Origin: Dehalococcoidia bacterium
Lineage (GTDB): Bacteria > Chloroflexota > Dehalococcoidia > SHYD01
Direction: 5' to 3'
DNA length: 64,000 bases
NCBI GenBank assembly: GCA_009692935.1
Contig: SHYE01000001.1
Location: 4,418 to 68,417, forward strand
Every line of letters starts with the position of its first letter. Positions within the stretch are counted from its first letter, which is position 1. Both the position numbers and the translations under genes were made by a program. The notes beneath the pieces were generated by a model. The model made no database searches. It was not told where the DNA came from and worked only from the letters and a program-made list of their open reading frames with translations. Below are positions 56,562 to 64,000 of the stretch, one piece after another.

Positions 56562-57893
56562 ATGCTCAATCCTGCAGATAACGCGCTGCTCACCCAGGTG
56601 GGCGCCGCGACCCCCGGTGGGCAGGTGATGCGCCGGTACTGGCTGCCGTTCCTGTTGTCGGGGGAGTTGCCTGCCCCGGATGCCCCGCCGGCACGGATCC
56701 GGCTGCTGGGCGAGGATTTGGTCACGTTTCGAGACTCCACGAGCAAAGTGGCGCTGGTGGCGAATTCCTGTCCGCACCGTGGCGCCAGCCTGTTCTTCGG
56801 CCGCAACGAAGAGAGCGGTCTACGGTGTGTGTACCACGGCTGGAAGTTCGACACAGAAGGTGCCTGCGTCGATATGCCGAACGAGCCCGCAGAGAGCAAC
56901 TTCAAGCATAAGATCCGGCTGACCGCATACCCGTGCGTCGAACGGAACGGCGTAGTGTGGACGTATATGGGCCCGCAGAGTCCTCCGCCAGCATTGCCGT
57001 CCCTGGAATGGAATATGGTGCCCCCGGCGCAGGCCCATGTGACCAAGCGGGTGCAGCGCAACAACTGGTTCCAAGGGCTCGAGGGTGGCATCGATTCCAG
57101 CCATGTCAACTTCATCCATGCGTTGCTCAGTACCGGGGCCAGCCCGGGGCGAACGGCGCAGGGCGGTTTTGGCTACATGGCCAACGACAAGCACCCACGC
57201 TTCGAGACGCTGGACACCGAGGCCGGCACGCTGGTCACCGCCCGCCGCAACGCCGAGGCCGATAGCTATTACTGGCGGGTGAACCACTACCTGTTGCCGT
57301 TTTACACGCTGTTTCCGCCCTCCGGCAAAGACCCGGCTGCCAGTGGTCACGCCTGGGTGCCGATTGATGACGACAGTACCATCGTGTTCCACTGGACCTA
57401 TCATCCGGTGCGACCGCTGGCCGATGCTGAGCTGACGGCCATGCATAATGGCGTCGGCGGGCAGGATGGCTTCCATCCATCTGAGGGCGCAATGCTGCCA
57501 GCCACCAGCGTGCCCTTCGGCGCCTTCTATCCTCGCCAGAATGCGGATAACGACTATCTGCAGAGCCGCGAGGCGCAGCGCACCGAGCGGTTCTCCAGCG
57601 TTGCCGGTGGCTGGGCACAAGATGCCGGGGTGCAGGAAAGCATGGGTACGGTGTGCCCCCGCCCCAACGAGCATCTTGGCACCAGCGATCTGGGTATTAT
57701 CTCGGCTCGGCGCGTGTTCTTGAAGGCCGTGTTGGCATTCCGCGACCGGCGCGAGGAGCCTCCAGCGGTCAACGACCCCGACGCCTGGTTCGTTCGTCCT
57801 GCCGGCGCAGTCCTCCCACGCGATGCGGAATGGGTGCCAGCCATGCGGGAAAGCCTCTTGGCGCGCGCCGGCACACCCTTCGCAGTCGCCTAG
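56562..57893 (+). CDS. Rieske non-heme iron oxygenase alpha subunit
   Basis: CPHRGASL...CVYHGW; EGGIDSSHVNFIH; QDAGVQES; GGAGG + ATG 56562. Confidence 0.92.
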   Translation: MLNPADNALLTQVGAATPGGQVMRRYWLPFLLSGELPAPDAPPARIRLLGEDLVTFRDSTSKVALVANSCPHRGASLFFGRNEESGLRCVYHGWKFDTEGACVDMPNEPAESNFKHKIRLTAYPCVERNGVVWTYMGPQSPPPALPSLEWNMVPPAQAHVTKRVQRNNWFQGLEGGIDSSHVNFIHALLSTGASPGRTAQGGFGYMANDKHPRFETLDTEAGTLVTARRNAEADSYYWRVNHYLLPFYTLFPPSGKDPAASGHAWVPIDDDSTIVFHWTYHPVRPLADAELTAMHNGVGGQDGFHPSEGAMLPATSVPFGAFYPRQNADNDYLQSREAQRTERFSSVAGGWAQDAGVQESMGTVCPRPNEHLGTSDLGIISARRVFLKAVLAFRDRREEPPAVNDPDAWFVRPAGAVLPRDAEWVPAMRESLLARAGTPFAVA

Positions 57894-57914
57894 CCTAACT
57901 GGAGCCTCTTTAAC

Positions 57915-59651
57915 ATGATGTGGAATTCCTGTACCCCTCGGTGGAAACTCGTGCTGACGGCGCCCCTCGTCGCTGTGATGATTGGCTGTGGAACGCAAAC
58001 CAGCCCGGCCAGCCAGGCTCCAGCCGGTAGCGGCGGCGCCGACACCTCGGGCTCGGTGACCCCAAAGGTCCAGAAGGTGGTGCTGGCCATCAGCCCGCCT
58101 TCGGTGGAAGCTAACAACCTTACCGAGGGCGCACACCTGGCCTACTGGCAACTTTCACCCATGTACGAGTTCCTGGTGGGGGTTGAGGCAGAGGGGAAGG
58201 AGATAGTGCCGCAGCTTGCCACCGAGTGGAAGCTTGAGCCGGACGGCAAATCGTGGCGCTTCCAGCTCCGCAAAGGGGTGCAGTTCCAGAAGGGCTTTGG
58301 CGAGTTCCAGGCCTCCGACGTGAAGTACACCTACGACATGCTGATGCGGGCCGAACCACCCTCGGTACAGGGCCAGCAGAGTTACATGAGCTTGCTCAGC
58401 GATGTGGAGGTAGTCGGCGAGTACGAGGTGGTGCTCAGGTCAAAGACGCCGGACGCCGGATTGCTCGGCGCCATCAGCCAGGCCGAGAACATCTTTCCGC
58501 TGGCCAGCCGCAGAGATGGCGAGGGGCGGAATAAGGGCAACAAACTGCCGACCCTGGTCGAGGAGCCCTTTGCCGGCACCGGCCCGTACGCCTACGCAGC
58601 ACGCGAGCAGGGGGTGTCGCTCAAGTACCAGCGAGCGTTTGAGAAGCACTGGCGGCAGACGCCCGATTTTCCCGAACTGGAGTTCCGTCTGGTGAAGGAG
58701 AACTCAACCAAGCTCGCCGCGTTGCTGGCGCGCGAGGTGCAGCTCGCCACGGTGCCACCCGACCTGGCGAGGGCTGCCGAAGCTCAGGGTTTCAAGAGTA
58801 TTGAGGGCAAGGCGCCCGGCCTGCATATCATGGGGGGGTTTTACGGCGTGTGGCTGAACAAGCGTATTGGCGCCCAGGAGCAGTTGAACGCTGATCCTAA
58901 CGCCACCTATGTGTTCCCCAACAGCCCGCTGCTCGACGTTCGGGTTCGCCGTGCGCTGAACAAAGCCATCGACCGTGAGGCCATCAACAAGGCGTTTCTG
59001 CGGGGCAAAGGCACCCCCATTTACAACGAGTACTTCCATCCTGCCCGGCCCGGCTGGAATCCCGAGTGGGAGAAGCGGTTCAAGGACGCCTATGGCTACG
59101 ACCCGGACGCCGCCCGCAAGCTGCTGGCGGAAGCCGGTTATAGTGCGGCGAACCCCTACAGCACCACAATCGAGGTCCAGCCCAACGCGCTGTTCTCGGC
59201 TGCACCGGATGTGTCGGAGGCTATCGGCAACTATTGGCAGGCCGTCGGCGTCAAGGTGACCATGGATACCAGCGATGTGGCGCTTCAGCGCGCCAAGCGG
59301 TCACGGCTGGAGGATATGGAGAACCGGAACTCGGTCATTGTGACCAGCATCCGCCAACTGCTGGGTGTCGGCGTATACAACGACATCGCTCGAGGCACCC
59401 GCGCCGGAGTTCAGTTGCCGGAACTCAAGGAGGTCTACGACCAGATCCTGGTCACGCTCGACCCCAAGAAATCCGACGAGCTATGGCGCAAGTGGGGCGA
59501 CATGGCCTTCGAGCGGCAGGTTAACATGCCCATGTTCTGGATTCCCGCCGAAATTCTGGTAGACCCCAGCGTAGTGCGCGACTACGTGTTCCCCGGTTCC
59601 ATCAGCGGCACCTACACCCACTTCGAGTACATCAAGGCCACGCCGAAGTAG
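57915..59651 (+). CDS. ABC substrate-binding lipoprotein, family 5 (orphan)
   Basis: Lipobox MIGC; PQLATEW...WRFQLRKGVQF; GTGPY; VRRALNKAIDR. Confidence 0.9.
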   Translation: MMWNSCTPRWKLVLTAPLVAVMIGCGTQTSPASQAPAGSGGADTSGSVTPKVQKVVLAISPPSVEANNLTEGAHLAYWQLSPMYEFLVGVEAEGKEIVPQLATEWKLEPDGKSWRFQLRKGVQFQKGFGEFQASDVKYTYDMLMRAEPPSVQGQQSYMSLLSDVEVVGEYEVVLRSKTPDAGLLGAISQAENIFPLASRRDGEGRNKGNKLPTLVEEPFAGTGPYAYAAREQGVSLKYQRAFEKHWRQTPDFPELEFRLVKENSTKLAALLAREVQLATVPPDLARAAEAQGFKSIEGKAPGLHIMGGFYGVWLNKRIGAQEQLNADPNATYVFPNSPLLDVRVRRALNKAIDREAINKAFLRGKGTPIYNEYFHPARPGWNPEWEKRFKDAYGYDPDAARKLLAEAGYSAANPYSTTIEVQPNALFSAAPDVSEAIGNYWQAVGVKVTMDTSDVALQRAKRSRLEDMENRNSVIVTSIRQLLGVGVYNDIARGTRAGVQLPELKEVYDQILVTLDPKKSDELWRKWGDMAFERQVNMPMFWIPAEILVDPSVVRDYVFPGSISGTYTHFEYIKATPK

Positions 59652-59712
59652 GAGGGCTTGGGCACGGTGAGGCATTTATGGAGTGGCGAACAAGCGGGCT
59701 TGGCGGCCCGGC

Positions 59713-60584
59713 CTAACCCTCATCCTGCCAACGTTGGCGGCTCAGACGGTAAGTATTCACTGAGGCTATGACCGCCATGAACGCTGTAAATAGCCAGCCG
59801 TCGTCGCCGATGGTGGGCACAGCCCAGAACGGGCCCGCCAAGACCATGGCCCAGTTTATGACGACGCCTAAGACAAACAGGGGACGTAAGCGGGGGGGGG
59901 TACTTGTCATCAAGGCGTCCTTCTAGATTGCTCGAATTACCCTCTGACGAGACATGATGCAGTGCCCATCCGATGGCGCTATCGATGCCAGCATACAGTA
60001 CGAGGGTCCCGCCAATCGGCGGTGAGTATCTGACCTCGATAGACCTTTGAAACAGGATGTGGCGCTCCTTGACCTGTCGAATGTCAGAGGCACGGATTCC
60101 GATGGCGTCCATGTAAGACAGGGCGGACGACCACGCCGCCCGGGTAAACGGTCGCCCGGAGCAAGCCTCTGGATGCACTGAGCGAGCCGATCTGCCCACC
60201 GCAAGCCGCTGAAGCCAGTTCTGGGCCTGAGTTAGTGATTTCCTGAACTGCAAGGTCATTCCCTGGGGCGATGGAACTTCTGAGCAACGCCGGGAACAAC
60301 TCGCCCAATAGCAAGTAGCCCATTGCGACCATGCCAAGTAGGTGGATAGGGAAGATGGTGCTTGTGCGAAAACGACTCCACTCCCATTGGTCCCGACTGA
60401 CTTCAATGTGCTTACCGTGACTTCCTACGAAATAGCGCCCGTCACGCACGTATCCTCCACCCGCATCTCCGCCGAGCTTGGAAGATTCAGCCACGAACCA
60501 GAAAAAGTTTACGGGCGCTAGAACCACCATTACCGTGGCCAAATACGTCAGCAGAGTTCGATGGCGTTCACGGAAGGCTCTCAC
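59713..60584 (-). pseudogene. Hypothetical membrane protein, probably fragmented by frameshifts near 60120 and at G9 run 59892-59900
   Basis: TM-rich ORFs 60084-60584 and 59713-59913 bridged by a protein-like segment in another frame; appears lower in GC. Confidence 0.45.
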
Positions 60585-60762
60585 GTGTCCGACGGTATGC
60601 CTCCGCTAAGATGCCGTCAAGCCCATTGTCTGGTGGGGTTTGACCTCCGCCCCAACCCCTATCCATTGCGCGCCCCACCCTGCGGGCGTATGATCCCGTC
60701 AGTTTGACGCCGCCGAAGCCAGCCACGGCGGTTGGTGCGGCCGCCAGCCCAGGAGGCATCAC

Positions 60763-61446
60763 ATGGCTCTCTCGTATCCCGAACAGCGGCAAGCAATCGT
60801 CGATGGGTCCAACCTCATCATGGACATCGGCGCAATCTCCATGAGCAACCACGGCAACTTCAGCGTGAAGGTCCCCGACCAGGACGCCATCCTCATTACG
60901 GCGGTGGCCAGCCTGAAGAACGTGAAGCCTGACCAGTTGGCCATCATCAGCTTCGACGGCAAGGTGCTCGAAGGCGAGATCTCCCCAACCAGCATGGAGA
61001 TCATCAACATGCACCTGATCATTTACAAGAAGCGGCCCGGCACCGGCGCCGTGGTGCATACCCACGCGCCATTCATCACCGCCTTCGCCTGCGCCCAGAA
61101 GGACCTGGACTGCAGCTACGAGGCGATGGTGCGCGCCGGTATGACCGAGGCCATCCCGGTGGCCGGCTACGGCCCGCGCGGTTCGGACGAGTCGGTGAAG
61201 AATATCGAGAAGGTGATGAACGCTGACACTCCGCTCGGAGCGGTGATGCTGGGTAACCACGGTCTGCTGGCCTGGGGTGCCGACGCCGCATCCGCCGCCC
61301 GCGCCAACAACGTGGTGGAGGAGTCGGCTCAGATCGCGACCTACGCCGCTGCGTTGGGGGGAGCCATCGCCATCCCGGCGGCGATGCGAGGCGTCACCAT
61401 CGCCAGGCGCGATGAGTTCGCCGCCGCCGGCAACGTGCGGGCATAA
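60763..61446 (+). CDS. Class II aldolase/adducin family protein
   Basis: HGNFS, PTSME..MH..IY, VVHTHAP, LGNHGLL. Confidence 0.9.
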   Translation: MALSYPEQRQAIVDGSNLIMDIGAISMSNHGNFSVKVPDQDAILITAVASLKNVKPDQLAIISFDGKVLEGEISPTSMEIINMHLIIYKKRPGTGAVVHTHAPFITAFACAQKDLDCSYEAMVRAGMTEAIPVAGYGPRGSDESVKNIEKVMNADTPLGAVMLGNHGLLAWGADAASAARANNVVEESAQIATYAAALGGAIAIPAAMRGVTIARRDEFAAAGNVRA

Positions 61447-61472
61447 CCCGAAGCCTGGTTCTTTCTCACAAA

Positions 61473-61527
61473 CTTCTACCCTCCCCTAACCCTTCCCTTG
61501 AAGGGAGGGGTTAGGGGAGGGTAGAAG
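61473..61527. repeat. Inverted repeat, same family as 12825-12912
   Basis: CTTCTACCCTCCCCTAACCCTTCCCTT-g-AAGGGAGGGGTTAGGGGAGGGTAGAAG. Confidence 0.85.
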
Positions 61528-61580
61528 CGTTGTCTGCGACGACATTACGGGGACGTCACCCCCCATCAGGAGACCATCGA

Positions 61581-62531
61581 ATGAAAGCAGTGCAGGTCAC
61601 CGCTCCCGGCAAGTTTGAGTTCATCAACATGCCGGAGCCCACGCTCGAACCGGGCAAGGTGCTGATCCGCCCGCAACTCATCTCCATTTGCGGCAGCGAC
61701 TGGCCGAGTGTGAACCACGGGCGTGACTGGATCCCCTTCCCGCTGAACCCCGGCCAGCCGGGACACGAGGTTGTGGCCGAGGTCGTGGCCAGCGACGTGC
61801 CCGACCTCAAAGTCGGCGACAAGGTGCTTGACATCGGCTACTCCGGCTCGGCCCGGCAGCTCCTGCTACGGAGCCCGCTGGAGGTCATCAAGCTGCCGGC
61901 CTCGCCCACTGCCGAGGAGTTGGTGTGCGCCCAGCCCTTCGGCGTCGTGCTGCGGGCGGTGCAACGCTGGCCCAGCGTGCTCGGCAAGACCTCGGTGGTG
62001 ATTGGCCAGGGGGCCATCGGCCAGTTCTTCACCTTGATGCTGAAGCAGCAGGGCGCCGGGCCCATTATCACCACGGATCTGGAGGCCGGCCGCCTGCTGA
62101 CCAGTCAGAAGATGGGCGCCACCCATACGATCGATGCCAGCAAAACCGATGCGGTGCAGGCGGTGAAGGACCTTACTGGGGGTAAGGGCGCCGACTTTGT
62201 GATTGAGGCAGTGGGCACCGACGCGACTTACAACCAGGTGAAAGACATGGTGCGCATGGAGGGTATGGTGCAGTGCTTCGGCATGCCCAAGGCCCGCACC
62301 AGCGGCCTGTTTCTGTGGGAGCTGATGATGCGCAACCCCACCGTGCTGATGACCCAGCGTGGCAACCGCGAGGACTTCCAGCTCGCCGTCGACATGATCG
62401 GCAACGGCTCGGCCTATGTGAAGCCGCTGCTGACTCACCGGTTCCCCATCACCAAGATTGCCGACGCCTTCGAAATGGCCGAGCACCGCACCGATAACTC
62501 CATCAAGATCGTCATGGAGTGCAACTGGTAG
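61581..62531 (+). CDS. Zinc-binding MDR dehydrogenase lacking the structural Zn loop
   Basis: ICGSD..PGHE; GQGAIG; IEAVG. Confidence 0.88.
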   Translation: MKAVQVTAPGKFEFINMPEPTLEPGKVLIRPQLISICGSDWPSVNHGRDWIPFPLNPGQPGHEVVAEVVASDVPDLKVGDKVLDIGYSGSARQLLLRSPLEVIKLPASPTAEELVCAQPFGVVLRAVQRWPSVLGKTSVVIGQGAIGQFFTLMLKQQGAGPIITTDLEAGRLLTSQKMGATHTIDASKTDAVQAVKDLTGGKGADFVIEAVGTDATYNQVKDMVRMEGMVQCFGMPKARTSGLFLWELMMRNPTVLMTQRGNREDFQLAVDMIGNGSAYVKPLLTHRFPITKIADAFEMAEHRTDNSIKIVMECNW

Positions 62532-62611
62532 CGCCAAGCCCGCTGCTGCGAGGCCGGCGACGGCAGGCCGGGGGAATCGTGCAACTATCCTCGCGTTTCG
62601 ATTGGGGGGCG

Positions 62612-62647
62612 CCCCCTCACCCTACCCTCTCCCGCCAGGGGAGAGGG
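62612..62647. repeat. CCCTCACCCTACCCTCTCCC...GGGAGAGGG unit
   Basis: Matches the unit at 36114-36148. Confidence 0.7.
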
Positions 62648-62690
62648 TTTTCGCGTAGGATATCGCGCCGCAGGCATCTGAGCCCTTTCG

Positions 62691-64000
62691 GTGAGTAGCA
62701 ACGCGCCCGCGGCGACCCCGCCGACACCTCGTCCCGCAACCGGCACGTTCTACGGCTGGTGGATTGTGGCCGCGTTCGCCGGGGTGCTGGCCTTCGTCTC
62801 CACCACACTGGGGTTCGGCGCCGGCCTGCTGGTGGAGCCGGTGCGCGCCGAGTTCGGCTGGAGCGCCTTCGCTGTCGCCGCTGCCTTCTCGCTGCGTACC
62901 GAGGCCGGGGCGGTCATGGCGCCGCTGGCGGGCGCGGTGATCGATCGTTGGGGCTGCCGGTGGGCGCTGGGCGCGGGGTTGGTGTGCATCGCCATCGGCC
63001 TGGTTTTCCTGAGTCAGGCCGGCGACCTGTGGACCTTCTACGCCGCGTTCGTGGTGCTGGCGGTTGGCCAGAGCACTATCGGCGGGCAAGCGGCGTCGGT
63101 CAGCGTGGCCCGCTGGTTCGTGCGCAAGCGCAACCGTGCGCTCGCCATTCTCTGGATGGGGCCGGGGCTCGGCTTCGTCATCATCCCCTTCTTCGGCGCA
63201 TTGATCGCTTGGTTTGGTTGGCGCAATGCTTCCCTGCTGTGGGTGTTGGTGGTCTTCGCCAGCCTGCCGCTGGTGTGGGTGGTGCGCGAGTCGCCCGAGA
63301 AGTACGGCGACCTGCCCGACGGCGACCTGCCCGACGGTGCGCGGGGCGCCGACGGTAAGTCGGCGTTGAGTGTGGCGCAGCAGGCGGCCCGCGCTCGTGG
63401 CGCCAGCATGACCACCGGGCAAGCGTTTCGCAACGGCACCTTTTGGCGGCTGGGCCTGGTGCTGGCGCTCACCAACTTCGCCGCCGCCCCCATCACCCAG
63501 CTCGTCATTCCGTCGCTTACCCGCGAAGGGGTGGATCCAGCGTTGGCTACCTTTGTTGGCAGCGCACTCCCGCTCACCTACGCCATCATGCGGTTTGGGT
63601 TGGCGCAGTGGGGCGATAAGGTGGAGACGCGGAACCTCATGGCCTTCTGCTTCGGCGTCCAGGGCATCGGCATTCTGCTGCTGACCATGGTGTCGGGCGG
63701 TAACGTTGCGCTGCTGGCGCCCTTCTTGCTGCTGTTCGGCATTGGCTTCGGCATTCCTGTGCCCCTGCGAGGCGTGGTGATAGCCGACTATTTCGGCGTG
63801 CAGTCTATGGGCAAGATTCAGGGTATGCTCCAGTTCCTCGCAACCATCGGCGGGGTGCTGGGTCCCATGGTGCAGGGCCTGGCGGCCGATCAGTTTGGCG
63901 GTTACCGCGAGACCTACGTGCTGTTGGCGGTCTGTTCACTGCTGTCGGTGCCGCTCATGCTGAGCCTGCCGCGCACCGGCCATGGCCCCAGGGGCGATAG
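62691..64000 (+). CDS. MFS transporter, runs off the window end (absent from the ORF track)
   Basis: GTG 62691; TFYGWWIV, GAVIDRWG, VARWFVRKRNRAL, IADYFG; no stop before 64000. Confidence 0.9.
   Translation, partial: MSSNAPAATPPTPRPATGTFYGWWIVAAFAGVLAFVSTTLGFGAGLLVEPVRAEFGWSAFAVAAAFSLRTEAGAVMAPLAGAVIDRWGCRWALGAGLVCIAIGLVFLSQAGDLWTFYAAFVVLAVGQSTIGGQAASVSVARWFVRKRNRALAILWMGPGLGFVIIPFFGALIAWFGWRNASLLWVLVVFASLPLVWVVRESPEKYGDLPDGDLPDGARGADGKSALSVAQQAARARGASMTTGQAFRNGTFWRLGLVLALTNFAAAPITQLVIPSLTREGVDPALATFVGSALPLTYAIMRFGLAQWGDKVETRNLMAFCFGVQGIGILLLTMVSGGNVALLAPFLLLFGIGFGIPVPLRGVVIADYFGVQSMGKIQGMLQFLATIGGVLGPMVQGLAADQFGGYRETYVLLAVCSLLSVPLMLSLPRTGHGPRGD

Noticed and set aside
12825..62647. Palindromic repeats as a CRISPR array
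   Set aside because: Dispersed rather than regularly spaced, no spacers, no cas genes

Overview
GC-rich chromosomal window. Gene content and repeat types suggest a Chloroflexota, probably Dehalococcoidia/SAR202-like, genome (inference). It begins at the 3' end of jag/khpB. Catabolic and transport genes dominate: four reductase-less Rieske oxygenase alpha subunits, two LLM-family oxidoreductases, three MDR dehydrogenases, a bicupin, an amidohydrolase, a class II aldolase, an arylsulfotransferase-like protein, a TRAP transporter, family-5 ABC components without ATPases, and two MFS transporters. It also carries a split late cobamide pathway (cobT-cobS; cbiA-cbiB-cobD-cobC-cobQ-cobU), three type II toxin-antitoxin modules, an IS630 remnant, and about ten frameshifted or nonsense-interrupted accessory genes. 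Most notable: (i) a bacterial Cdc48/p97-like double-AAA ATPase whose D2 Walker B glutamate is Gln; (ii) an orphan CbbQ/NorQ plus 1036-aa vWA chaperone pair with no Nor or RuBisCO client in view; (iii) a duplicated ~200-aa C-terminal module on secreted proteins; (iv) a ~250-bp MITE-like intergenic element with a nested REP-type unit, plus two other palindromic repeat families. No rRNA, tRNA or CRISPR array was seen. All family calls come from motif recognition; no database searches were run.
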